From a virus (lineage: Duplodnaviria; Caudoviricetes), in IMG/VR virus record IMGVR_UViG_3300046796_000541, positions 1-58,657 of that record: a stretch of DNA of 58,657 nt; one strand, written 5' to 3'. Made by a program: the position numbers and the translations under genes. Below the pieces are notes generated by a model that made no database searches, was not told the origin of the DNA, and saw nothing but the letters and a program-made list of their open reading frames with translations. Of the stretch, positions 17,706 to 27,308 are shown piece by piece; the stretch's first letter is position 1; the number at the start of each line of letters is the position of its first letter.

Positions 17706-18482
17706 ATGCTCTCGTCTCGAATCCGTGACACCCTGCCCCAGGCCGCCGTTGCTCTCGCCGTCGTCGCAAGCGTCGTCGTGCTGCTCACCCGGATCGCCCA
17801 CGCCGCGCAAGCCGTCGCGCCGATCGCGACCGCTGCGCCCTTCGACTGGAACTTCTGGATCGGCGTGCTCCTCGCCGCCGCTACCGCCGGTTCATACGTG
17901 CTCCATGCGCTCGCCGCGCGGCGCCACAGCGCGACGTTGGAGAAGTGGGCCGCGGCGATCGATGAGGGCCGCGTCGTCGTCAAGGGCGTCGCTCCAGCGC
18001 CGCTCGCGGTGGCCAAGGCGCCCGGCACCGGGACCGCCGCGATGCTGGTTGTCGTGCTGCTCGGCATCACCGGAGCTGGTCTCGCGCTGGCCCCCGGCTG
18101 CACGCCCGCCGAGCGCGCCACCGCCGCGACCACGGCCAAGGTCTCGCTGGTCAACTGCACTGCTCAGACGGTCGGCGCCACACCGGCGCTCGACCTCGCC
18201 ACGCTGGTCGCGGTCGTCAACCTGACGGCGGCGGAGCGCGCGAAGTGCATGACCGCGACCGGGATCAGCTGGCCATGCGTCGAGACGGACGCCATCGCCA
18301 AGGGCGTGACGCTGGGCGGATGCATGTTCGTCGACATGGTCGCGGCGGCGGCCAAGGCGATCCAGCCGTCCGCTTCCGGCCTCGCCGCTAACCCTGCGCC
18401 ACCACCGGGCCGCGTCGAGCTCGAGGACTACCGCGGCAAGGTCGGCGGCGCGACGTGGCACACCTCGGCCGGCGACCAGTGA
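17706..18482 (+). CDS. Membrane protein of lysis cassette (holin/spanin-like) with internal lipobox
   Basis: Two N-terminal hydrophobic segments, then MLVVVLLGITGAGLALAPG-C and a Cys-containing domain. Confidence 0.55.
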   Translation: MLSSRIRDTLPQAAVALAVVASVVVLLTRIAHAAQAVAPIATAAPFDWNFWIGVLLAAATAGSYVLHALAARRHSATLEKWAAAIDEGRVVVKGVAPAPLAVAKAPGTGTAAMLVVVLLGITGAGLALAPGCTPAERATAATTAKVSLVNCTAQTVGATPALDLATLVAVVNLTAAERAKCMTATGISWPCVETDAIAKGVTLGGCMFVDMVAAAAKAIQPSASGLAANPAPPPGRVELEDYRGKVGGATWHTSAGDQ

Positions 18483-19045
18483 TGGCGTCGGCCGGACCGC
18501 GCCCGCTCTACACCGCCGATGCGGCGGTCGCCCGCGCGCTCGCCGCGGTCGGGCATGGCGTCTACCAGCTTGGCACCGGCGACATCGATTCGACCGGCGA
18601 GGCGCCGCGCGACTGCTTCGGGTTCGCGTTCTGCGAGTGCTACGGCGTGCCGCGCCACCGGCCCGGCTTCAACCACGGAGCCTGGGCCACGGTATCGGAC
18701 GACCTGAACTGCAACAGCGCGATCGAGGACGCGGACCACGCCGGCGATCTGTTCGAGCGCGTGGCCACGCCTGCGCCAGGGTGCCTGATCCTCTACCCGA
18801 CGATTCACCTGCCGGGACACGAGCAGCCCTGGATCGGCCACGTCAAGATCGTGGTCCGCGTCTCGCGGTGCCTCGAGTGGGACGTCGAGCACCCGGACTG
18901 GACGCTCCTCGACACCGTCGAGTGCTGCGGCCCGCCGGGTCGACACCCCGGGATTATCCGCGGGACCGGCGCCGGCATGACCGACCACGACGCGCGCTGG
19001 CCCAAGCCGGCGCACCGGACGGCGATGCTTCGGGTCAAAGCCTGA
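18482..19045 (+). CDS. Putative endolysin, NlpC/P60-CHAP-like cysteine peptidase
   Basis: TGATG overlap; AVARA...YQLG...DCFGF and WIGHVKIV catalytic Cys/His pattern. Confidence 0.7.
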   Translation: MASAGPRPLYTADAAVARALAAVGHGVYQLGTGDIDSTGEAPRDCFGFAFCECYGVPRHRPGFNHGAWATVSDDLNCNSAIEDADHAGDLFERVATPAPGCLILYPTIHLPGHEQPWIGHVKIVVRVSRCLEWDVEHPDWTLLDTVECCGPPGRHPGIIRGTGAGMTDHDARWPKPAHRTAMLRVKA

Positions 19046-19065
19046 CGCGTCGCCCGCGAGAACGA

Positions 19066-19431
19066 TTAGCAGGTCGGAGCGATCGGCGAGCCGCACTCCA
19101 GTATGGCGCAGTTCGGCTCCCCATCCAGATCGGCGCAGTCGACCAGATATCGCAGGAACTGGTTCTGATAGTGATTCGTGCACTCGTTCCAGTACACGAT
19201 ATCTCCACTGTCATCGTGTCCGTGCACGACGTGGCAGTAGGGTGGCCCCACCGGGCTACCCACCGCGCTACCGGCGCCGACCATCGCGTTCACGAGCTGC
19301 TGAAAGTTCCCCGGGTCGCAAGGGTCGCAGATCAAGCTCTGCTCGTGGGTCGCGGTCGGCGCCGCCTTGGGATCTTCGACCGCGCACGCTGTCATCGCTG
19401 CACACATCGCAATCAGAATCATCGTCCTCAT
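19066..19431 (-). CDS. Cys-rich lipoprotein, paralog A
   Basis: MRTMILIAMCAAMTA-C; EQSL-x-CDPCDPG; SD AGGAG. Confidence 0.8.
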   Translation of the reverse strand: MRTMILIAMCAAMTACAVEDPKAAPTATHEQSLICDPCDPGNFQQLVNAMVGAGSAVGSPVGPPYCHVVHGHDDSGDIVYWNECTNHYQNQFLRYLVDCADLDGEPNCAILECGSPIAPTC

Positions 19432-19530
19432 CGTCTCTCTCCTTCATCTGGGCGGCCAATCCCGCCCATGGTGCCCCGACCGGACTCGCGTCCAGCGCCG
19501 CCCACGCGGGCAGTCGGGGCTGTAGCAGCG

Positions 19531-19866
19531 CTAGTTCCAGTAGTACCAGCAGTCCTGTGGACCGAGAGAGTCACAGGTCGCCTGATACGTCCCGCATCCC
19601 TGATCGGTGCATGCGTGGAATCCGGCGGTGCACGACGTGACGTGATTCACGGTATGGCACGTAATATCTGAGGTCAGATACGGACTGCCACCGGGAAACA
19701 GGCTGAAGCCGTAACCCCCAACGATATTGGAAATCAGAGCCTGAGCACCCCCAGGGTCGCAGTTGTCCCCGCAGTCCAAGCCCTGCTCGCTGGTCGCTGT
19801 TCCGACCGTCTCGCCCACCGCGCATCCCATCGCGCACACCAGAATCATCATCGCTATCGTCTTCAT
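19531..19866 (-). CDS. Cys-rich lipoprotein, paralog B
   Basis: MKTIAMMILVCAMG-C; EQGL-x-CGDNCDPG; same AGGAGAGAGACGATGA start region as paralog A. Confidence 0.8.
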   Translation of the reverse strand: MKTIAMMILVCAMGCAVGETVGTATSEQGLDCGDNCDPGGAQALISNIVGGYGFSLFPGGSPYLTSDITCHTVNHVTSCTAGFHACTDQGCGTYQATCDSLGPQDCWYYWN

Positions 19867-19933
19867 CGTCTCTCTCCTCGGGCTGGGCCCTGCCCGTTGT
19901 CGATGGCCCCGTCGCGACGCGTAGCACGCGCCG

Positions 19934-20212
19934 TCACGGGGACGCCGATATCCCTGTCCGGCGTGGCGTCATGCCCTTGCGCAGGCGGACCTCCGCCTTG
20001 CGATCGCGGTCGTCCGCTCTGCAGGTCTCGCAGTACGCCCACGGGCGCGCGCGATGCTCGCCCGGCGGCAGCGGCGCCAGTCCGGCGATGGGGTCGCGGC
20101 ACGTCGGGCACTTCCCGGCGTCGGCGGAGAACTGGCGGTAGTGGAGTGCCTTCGCGCGCCACAGGTGCCTGAGCAGCAGGCGGAGGAACAGCGCGGCGAC
20201 CAGCGGCGTCAT
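19934..20212 (-). CDS. Hypothetical Zn-finger protein
   Basis: CPTC...CETC; start overlaps upstream stop. Confidence 0.55.
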   Translation of the reverse strand: MTPLVAALFLRLLLRHLWRAKALHYRQFSADAGKCPTCRDPIAGLAPLPPGEHRARPWAYCETCRADDRDRKAEVRLRKGMTPRRTGISASP

Positions 20213-20403
20213 CGCTTTTCCGGCGGGAACGGGTGCCCGCTGCTGATCCAGTTCGCGAGCGCCACGATCCCGAGCGTGCCGGCCGACGCGACGGCGATGA
20301 TCAGCGGGATCGGCGTGACCTCGAAGATCGCCATCCACAGACAGCCGCTGACCGCGTATGCGAGCAACCAGCCGGGGCCGAGGAAACGCGGCCAGCGGGT
20401 CAT
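20209..20403 (-). CDS. Small two-TM membrane protein
   Basis: Two hydrophobic segments; overlapping start/stop with neighbours. Confidence 0.6.
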   Translation of the reverse strand: MTRWPRFLGPGWLLAYAVSGCLWMAIFEVTPIPLIIAVASAGTLGIVALANWISSGHPFPPEKR

Positions 20404-20786
20404 CGCCTGCGCCCCGGCATAACATCGATCGTCCTGCAGCGATGTACGGGGTCCGTTCCGGGCTCAGTCCGCGTGCCGATCGATTTTAGCGCCTCTTCGA
20501 GTGCGTCGCGATCAGCGAAGCTCATCTCACCGACGTGGTCGAGTAGCGCCTTCACGTCGGACGACAACTCGACATGCGCGCCACGGAGCCACTCCAGCGA
20601 GCAACCATAGACGTCGGCCATGCGCCGTTCGACCTCCGAGATCGGCTTCTGCTTGCCCTCTTCGATCCGGCGCAGAGTCCTCGCCCCAGACGTCCAGCCC
20701 ATCCGGTCGGCGGCCTGGCCGATCGACAGTCCGGCGAGTTCGCGAGCGCGGCGATACCTTGGACCTGTCATTGCGGTCTCACCCAT
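20400..20786 (-). CDS. XRE-family HTH regulator
   Basis: YRRARELAGLSIGQAADRMG...LRRIEEG...MADVYGCSLEWL. Confidence 0.85.
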   Translation of the reverse strand: MGETAMTGPRYRRARELAGLSIGQAADRMGWTSGARTLRRIEEGKQKPISEVERRMADVYGCSLEWLRGAHVELSSDVKALLDHVGEMSFADRDALEEALKSIGTRTEPGTDPVHRCRTIDVMPGRRR

Positions 20787-21537
20787 GGTCGCCTCCCTTC
20801 GGCCCGCCGGTGCTCAAGATCGCCTTCTGCTGCACGATCCCCAGGTGCGCGGCCTGGCACGCCTCGCAGGTCGCGAGGTGCAGGCGGAACCCGTCCGCAC
20901 GCTCGGGCGAGAGCTCGCCGTCCGCGAACGGGCCGACGTCCTCGTGGCGGTGCTCGTCGACCAGCTTATCGAGTTCCGCGATCCGGGCGTCGCGTTCTGC
21001 GATGATGTGGTCCGCCGTATCGTTCGCGCGCTGGACCTCGTTATGCCCCCAGGCCTCGAGGTCGCGGACCTTGGCGCGCAGGGCATCGCGATCGCCAAGC
21101 ATCGTGGCGCACATCATCCGGCTCGCCTTGCTGAGCCAGTCACCCTCGGCGGCGGTGGCGTGCGAGAGCTCCTCGACCAGGCGCGCGAGCTCGGCGCGCA
21201 TGGTCTCGTAGGTCGTCATCCACTCGGTCCGGTCGGAGTTGCGCAGGCGACGCAGGAGCCTGACCTCGCACTCGAGGCACTCGCAGGCGTCGCCGCTGAT
21301 GCAGCGCTTGCCCTCGAGCTCGGCGATCACCTTGTCGACCTCGTGGCCTTCGGGCAGGCCCAGCGCCTCGGTGGCGCGGCTCCAGGCCTGCAGCAGGGCG
21401 TCGCGGTCGGCGACCACCGCTTCATGCTGGAGCCTCAGATCGTCCACCTCGCGGCGAAGCTCGGCGATCGTCTGCGCGTCGGTTGGCGCGAAGCCGCGCG
21501 GCGGTGTGACGCAACGGGGGTGTCGGTGCTCGGTCAT
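20779..21537 (-). CDS. Coiled-coil protein with C-terminal zinc anti-sigma (zf-HC2/ZAS) domain
   Basis: Heptad-rich body; FADGELSPERADGFRLHLATCEAC = HxxxCxxC motif. Confidence 0.75.
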   Translation of the reverse strand: MTEHRHPRCVTPPRGFAPTDAQTIAELRREVDDLRLQHEAVVADRDALLQAWSRATEALGLPEGHEVDKVIAELEGKRCISGDACECLECEVRLLRRLRNSDRTEWMTTYETMRAELARLVEELSHATAAEGDWLSKASRMMCATMLGDRDALRAKVRDLEAWGHNEVQRANDTADHIIAERDARIAELDKLVDEHRHEDVGPFADGELSPERADGFRLHLATCEACQAAHLGIVQQKAILSTGGPKGGDHG

Positions 21538-22165
21538 CGATGCACGACCTTTCCGCGCTGGCGCACCGGCCCCGCGCCGCGCTTCTCGGGTGGGACGGCC
21601 GTGCAGTCGAACCTGTGCTCATCGCTCGACTGGCAGCAGGTGCGCCACAGGCCCTGGAGCACCGTCGGCGCGTCGCCTTTGCGGTGGCCGCCCATCGGAC
21701 GCCGGTTCTCGGCGTGGAGGTGGAACTTGTTGTTCGCCGCCATCAGAACACCCACGTGGTGAGCCGGACGCGGGGCACGCACTTCGGCGCGGCGTCGCGC
21801 ACGCTGTAGAGCCCCTCGTCGAAGCCCGCGAGGAACGGCCCCGTGGAGAGCAGGCGGTACACGTCCGGGCGACGTACCGGCGCCGGCTGTCGATCCGGGA
21901 ATCGGTGCCGGATCCCGGTGCCGTGGTCGGTGAATTCGATGTCGATCTCCAAGTTGTCCTCCGTGCCGGGTGGCGGGCGTCGAACCCGCGGACGATCGAG
22001 GCAGGGGGAGGTGGGGTGGCCACCACGATCGTCGTACCTTCCATCACCGGCAAGCACCCCGCACAACGCGGGGGACGGGCTTTGATCTTCGGCGCCGGGG
22101 TTCCCGCGCCCGGCTCTTGTCACGCGTCGCACGGCGCCCGTCCCGGCGATGCGACGCGTCGCCAA
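21534..22165 (-). other. Two small hypothetical genes (21534-21743, ~21743-22165)
   Basis: Fill the minus-strand operon with coupled starts/stops; second start uncertain. Confidence 0.45.
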
Positions 22166-22168
22166 ACC

Positions 22169-23164
22169 TCATGGGGCGGCGGCACCCCCGCCCATCATCG
22201 CGTCGATCCGAGCGTCCGCCGCCTCGCTCGCGCGCTTGACCCGGGTGCGCGCGTCGCCCTTGGGCAGCGAGTCCCACGCGCGGCGGGTCTCTTCCTTCAG
22301 CTGCTCGAGGACCTCGGGCAGCGTGCACGCGTCGAAGCGCGCGATCAGGTCGTCGACCGGCCTGGCCGGCGCGGGCGATGTTCCACGGCTTGACGTCGCG
22401 GTAGCCGATGGGGCGCCGACATCGCCGCCCATGGCCCACCGCGCGAGCTGCTCGCCGATGTCCGGGTTCAGCTGCGGCTCCTTGGCGAACATCGCCCGCC
22501 ACCAGTCCGGGCACTTCATCATCTCCTGCTCGTGGAGGCGCGGAGACTTCCACTTCGGTCGACCGTCGACCCCAGGGTAGAGCAGCGCGCACAGGTCCAT
22601 CTCGTAGATCAGGCTGTCGTCGCCGAGCGGTTGCCAGCCGAGATCCTCGGGCTCCCCGCCCTTCACCGGCTTGATCTTTTCCTTGGCGCGGAAGCAGAAG
22701 ATCCAGTTGCAGCGCTGCTGCAGGATGAAGTGCTTTAGCTTCGTGCGGTCGCCCTTGGGCTTCTTCCACGCGATCTGGTCGTGGCTGCGCCCTTTCTCCG
22801 CGACCACGGTGTCGTGCTGGTCGAGTACGCCGCCCTCGCCGTCGTGCTCGTGGGTCATGCTGTCGATGATGATCGTCGAGGGCTGGTGCTTGAGCGCGTG
22901 CTTGATGGCGTCGATGTAGTCGAGCGGCCCGAACGGAGGCGCGAATGGGACATGGACGAATCGGTCGGGGTTTCCGTCGCTGTGCTTGAGGGCGCGCAGG
23001 GACTCGGTGTCGATCACCACGATCGGCCCCGGCTGGACGCGCTGGATGCCCTCGGCGAGCAGGATCGCGGACAGCGTCTTGCCGGAGCCCGAAGCGCCGA
23101 CGATCGCGAGCATCAGCGGCATGCGCGCGCGCCGCGCGGGTCCGCTCTCGAAGGTGCGGGTCAT
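22169..23164 (-). CDS. AAA_24 / Sak4-like recombination ATPase
   Basis: GASGSGKT Walker A, VIDTE, IIIDS Walker B; adjacent to exonuclease. Confidence 0.85.
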   Translation of the reverse strand: MTRTFESGPARRARMPLMLAIVGASGSGKTLSAILLAEGIQRVQPGPIVVIDTESLRALKHSDGNPDRFVHVPFAPPFGPLDYIDAIKHALKHQPSTIIIDSMTHEHDGEGGVLDQHDTVVAEKGRSHDQIAWKKPKGDRTKLKHFILQQRCNWIFCFRAKEKIKPVKGGEPEDLGWQPLGDDSLIYEMDLCALLYPGVDGRPKWKSPRLHEQEMMKCPDWWRAMFAKEPQLNPDIGEQLARWAMGGDVGAPSATATSSRGTSPAPARPVDDLIARFDACTLPEVLEQLKEETRRAWDSLPKGDARTRVKRASEAADARIDAMMGGGAAAP

Positions 23165-23382
23165 CGGGTCGCCTGCCTGGCGCTGAGAGCTGGTGAGCAA
23201 CCACCCGGAAACCGCGAGGCGATCACACGCAGCGCAGCGACAGCGCGATCCGCGGTCACGCCGCATCGGTCAGCGACTAGATCATCTGACGAACGACGAT
23301 GATGGTCGATGAATTCGACCCACGCAGCCGCGAACGTCGCGCGCCACACGGCAAGTTCCCCCTCGGTCATCTCAGTCTGCAT
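23161..23382 (-). CDS. Hypothetical protein
   Basis: TAATG coupling upstream, ATGA coupling downstream. Confidence 0.55.
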   Translation of the reverse strand: MQTEMTEGELAVWRATFAAAWVEFIDHHRRSSDDLVADRCGVTADRAVAALRVIASRFPGGCSPALSARQATR

Positions 23383-24359
23383 TACATCTCCTCGGGCGCG
23401 AAGCCCTCGTTGCGCAACGTCCACATCGGCGCCGTGATTTCGTCGTAACCCTGCTCGCGGTAGCTTGGCGCCTTGCCGGTGACCTGGAGTTCGGCCCACG
23501 CGTAGACCGCGCGGAGCCAGCGCCGCTCGCCGAGCTCTCGGAACGCGCCAGACAGCCGCGGGGGGTCCCACAGGGCGTACGGCCGGCGCGTCTCGCAGAA
23601 CAGGAACTGGTGCGTGATGCGGCCCGCGAGCCGGGGGTACAGCGCGGCGAGCGCGCGCGGGTACGCCGCGGCCGCGATCCCGTAGCCGAGGTTCTCGGCC
23701 GTGCGCTGACACCTCTCCGGGTGCGCGTCGCCGACCATCTTGAGCTCGTAGATGATCGCGCCGGGCGCGACACCGGCGATATGTGACACGGGGTCGGCCC
23801 CCAGAGCGTCGCCGGGGAGCGTCGTCCCCCAGCACACGACGTGGTCCATCATGCACCGGCACATCACCGGGCCGTGCGGCGTCGCTTCCCACCACTCGAC
23901 CGCGAACTCGCTGCGACCGTCGAGGATGTGACCGGCGGCGGCGATACGCGACCGGACCGCGTCCGCGATCTTCTGGTGAATCTCCAGATCCTCCTCCTTG
24001 ACGGGGATCCGGCCGGCAGCGCGCGCGGCGGCCGCGAACGCCTTCGCATCCTTCGTGGAGAGCGCCCCGTTGCTCGCGAGCAGGCCCTCCGGGATCGGGT
24101 CCACCCGCTTGCCGACCCCTAGGATCAGCGCGTGGTCGATGCTGCCGCCGTCCAGCCGCTTGCGTTTGTCGGCCGGCATGTCCTCGTCGGGGTCCATGCC
24201 CTCGTCGGCGAGGTGCTCCAGGTGGCGATCGTGCGCATCCTTCGCATGTGCGATCGACTGCCGCACGGAGATCTTCGCGAGGCTCGCGCTGAACCCGGGG
24301 AGCTTGTGGTAGGCGTCCGGGGTCACCTCGAGAACGCGGGCCGGTGGTAGTTCGTTCAC
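23382..24359 (-). CDS. RecE / exonuclease VIII-like PD-(D/E)XK nuclease
   Basis: YH...SAS, GSIDHALIL, CRCMMD...IYELK, FLFCE..PY pattern. Confidence 0.8.
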   Translation of the reverse strand: MNELPPARVLEVTPDAYHKLPGFSASLAKISVRQSIAHAKDAHDRHLEHLADEGMDPDEDMPADKRKRLDGGSIDHALILGVGKRVDPIPEGLLASNGALSTKDAKAFAAAARAAGRIPVKEEDLEIHQKIADAVRSRIAAAGHILDGRSEFAVEWWEATPHGPVMCRCMMDHVVCWGTTLPGDALGADPVSHIAGVAPGAIIYELKMVGDAHPERCQRTAENLGYGIAAAAYPRALAALYPRLAGRITHQFLFCETRRPYALWDPPRLSGAFRELGERRWLRAVYAWAELQVTGKAPSYREQGYDEITAPMWTLRNEGFAPEEM

Positions 24360-25441
24360 CTCCTCGCCGTCCTGGCTTGCCTCTCGGCGAGCGCGCGCAG
24401 GGTCAGCGCCCGGTCGATGGCATCATCTACGCGCGGGTCGACGGACACGTCGGTGTCATCGTAGAACCAGCCGTGAAGCGGTCCGAGGGAGACCGCGCGC
24501 GTGCTCTCCTCGCGGCCGAGCAGCCAGCGCGCGAGCCAGCATGGCGTGCGCGTCACCGTCGCGGTGTTGGCGCTCTGTATGACGATGGAGATCGTCATAG
24601 GGTCCAGAACTCCTCTCGTAGGACCGCCAGCAGCTGCTCCGCGTCCTCGTCGGAGTGGGTCAGGACGAGCGCGTCGATCGCGAGTGCACGTCGGGCCTTC
24701 CACTTCGCGAACCGCGCCGCGGCCTTCACGATCGCCTCGCCATCGCCGATCGCGTCTTCTGGGTGCTTCGGCGGCCGGCTCATGTGCGCGGCCTCCCCAT
24801 CCACCGCGTGACCGCCTCGGGGCTACCATAGATCGACGCGTGCAGCGCCTCGCGGATGTACGCGACGACCGCGGGCATCACGAGCATCGCCTCGAGCGTG
24901 GCGGGAACGTCCGAGAGCCCGAACAGGTCGGACTCGAAGTGGTGATGGTCGGCGAGCGCGAACGCGCCGTAGAGATCGCCCTCCAAGATCATGCGAACCA
25001 CGGGAGAAGGCCGGGCCCCGACGCTCGCATAGTCGTCCAGCTCCCTGCGCACCGCCGGCGGGATGCGCTCGGGCGAGGTCACCGCGGGCAGGAGCGCGAT
25101 CTGGCCGATGATCTGCGCGCAGACCTTGGCGCGGGTCACCGCCTCGTGCGCGCCCGCTTCCCCTAGCTCGTCGATCTGGTGCTGGGCCTCGTCGATGAAG
25201 GTCTGGCAGAGCGCGAGGATGCGTTCGATGTCGGTCATCCGCCACCCGCGATCAGCGCAGCGCTTCGCCCGTGCATGGAGATCTCGCCATTGCCTCCGGG
25301 AAACACGATCCTGATCATGACCTCGGCCGCGAAGCCTCGCGCGTCGAATGCGGCGATCAGATCGGCGACGATCGTGGGGAGATCATCGATGCGCTGCTTC
25401 GGTGCTGGCTGCCCAGCGATGTTGTCATGTGCGGTTTCCAT
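24356..25441 (-). other. Four small leftward early genes (24356-24598, 24595-24783, 24780-25238, 25235-25441)
   Basis: Chained 4-nt start/stop overlaps. Confidence 0.6.
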
Positions 25442-25530
25442 GCTTCGACAACTACAGCAGGGCGCGCTCCGTTGTCAATCTCGAAAGTGCGCCCTTGACT
25501 CACTCCGGAAGAGCGTGAGAGGTTGTCCGC
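25442..25530. promoter_or_regulatory. Main divergent early promoters
   Basis: Leftward TTGACA-18-TAGTTG-7-ATG; rightward TTGACT-18-GAGGTT-6-ATG; CACTCCGGA in the rightward spacer. Confidence 0.7.
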
Positions 25531-25767
25531 ATGGGCACACCGAACGTTGACCTTGCCGGCCGCCTCGCGGCCTGGCGCGCGCGCAGCGGCCTCACGCTGC
25601 AGGAAGTTGCCGACGCGAGCGGCGTCTCGAAGCAGACCCTCAGCTACCTCGAGTGCGGCGAGCAGCACGACCTCGGGGTTTGCAAGCTCTCCGCGGTCGC
25701 GAAGGCGCTCCGCACCGACCTGCTCACGTTCCTCGGCCCGCTGCCGAAGCAGGAGCGTGCAGCTTGA
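25531..25767 (+). CDS. Cro/CI-type XRE HTH regulator
   Basis: RLAAWRARSGLTLQEVADASGVSKQTLSYLECG; first gene after the divergence point. Confidence 0.9.
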   Translation: MGTPNVDLAGRLAAWRARSGLTLQEVADASGVSKQTLSYLECGEQHDLGVCKLSAVAKALRTDLLTFLGPLPKQERAA

Positions 25768-25873
25768 ACGCCCTCACCTGCTGGCACCGCTTGTTCGGCT
25801 GGCCCGGCCCGGAACACCTTTATTGCTGGACCTTGGTCTCGTTCTCGACCGGCGAGACATGGAGACTGGATCG

Positions 25874-26867
25874 ATGATGACCCTCCGCGAACTACTCGAC
25901 GACACGATCATGCGCCTGGGGCTGTGCGATCGCGTGGAGATGCTGGCCGTGCGCAAGTTCCTCGACGGGATCGAGGCGCAGCGCACGATCCTGCAGGCGC
26001 AGGGACTCGCAGACCGACTGGAGCCCGAGCAGACCCGGCCCGGTCCATCCGACTTCGCTTGCACGGCATGCGGGAAGACCATGGCGCGGTATGACGATTT
26101 CGAGGAGTACCAACACGACGGGTGTGGCGGGCTTGTGGAACGGCGAACGAAGGCGCCGGCCGAGTTCTCGGCCGAGCACCACCTCACACCGGCGGGCGGC
26201 GCGGACCCATACGAGGAACTGAGGATCGACCATGGCGACGGGATTCTGTGAACATCCCGATCGACCAGCGACCGCCGTCCATCGTCACCGACGACGAGAG
26301 CGACGTCGGGATCCGGCGCCAGTTCAAGGCGATGAAGGCGCGGTTGCTGGAGCTCGAGCACCTGTACGCGTCTCGGCATCAGTACCAGGTCCCGACCGCT
26401 ACGCGCGTCAAGAAGCCGTCGTACTTCGATGGTAAGTGCAAGCTGCACCTGCACATCGAGGTCGACATGCACTCCGCGGTGGTCGAGTGCGCGGACTGCG
26501 GGGTGCCGCTCGATCCTCTCCAGGTGCTGCGCGAATTCGCACGCGAGGAACGGCACTTCGCCGACCAGCTCGAACACCTGCGCGAGGAGAAGGCGGCTCT
26601 GGCCAAGGAGGTTGCCGAGCTCAAGAAGCAGCGGCTGAGCCTCCGCGGCGCGGTGCGCAAGGCCGGCGGCAAGCCGATCGAGCGCTGGCAGATCAAGGAC
26701 GAAGGGTGACCCTCGGCGAGCTGCACGACCGCGCTGCGCTCGAGCCGGCCGAGGTCCGCGCCTCGCGGCGCCGCGCGGTCGTGCGCCGGATGCAGCGCCT
26801 GCCGCTCCGCCAGCTGGAGCGCGACATGGCCGAGTTCGGGTACCGGGATCTGGGCGGCGAGGGCTGA
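25874..26867 (+). other. Three hypothetical genes (25874-26251 and 26248-26709 with CxxC motifs; 26706-26867)
   Basis: GTGA overlaps; CTACG, CADCG. Confidence 0.6.
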
Positions 26868-26940
26868 GGAGATCTCCCCTGAGCGATTTTGTCACCGTTC
26901 CGGATTGACGCGAGATCCTCGCTGGAGTTACCGATGTGTC

Positions 26941-27099
26941 ATGGCCATCAAAGCCGTGAACGGTAAGTGCAGGATCGTGATCACCGTGCCCGAGGCGGAG
27001 TGCCGTGAACTCGAGGCGATCGCGAGAGATACCGGGACCGCTGTCACTGACGTGGTCCGCATGAAGATCAAGGGGTTCGAGCCGCGGCGGGCCGCATGA
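26941..27099 (+). CDS. Ribbon-helix-helix (CopG-like) protein
   Basis: RIVITVPEAECRELEAIARDTGTAVTDVVR; TTGACG upstream at 26905. Confidence 0.65.
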   Translation: MAIKAVNGKCRIVITVPEAECRELEAIARDTGTAVTDVVRMKIKGFEPRRAA

Positions 27100-27308
27100 G
27101 CAGGCCGCGCGGCCGAGGAACCACAGGCAAGACGCAGCGGGCCGCACTCTGGCTCCGGAGCAACCCGACGGCGAGCCCACAGGTCGCGGCGGATCTCCAC
27201 GGCTGCAGCGAGGGCGCGGTGCGCACGGCCTGGTGTCGGATGTTCCCGCAGGAGAGCCTCGCCGCGTCGCGGATCAGGGTCACAGGGCGGCTGGCGCCGG
27301 GGCACTGA
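27096..27308 (+). CDS. Small HTH protein
   Basis: SPQVAADLHGCSEGAVRTAW. Confidence 0.55.
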   Translation: MSRPRGRGTTGKTQRAALWLRSNPTASPQVAADLHGCSEGAVRTAWCRMFPQESLAASRIRVTGRLAPGH

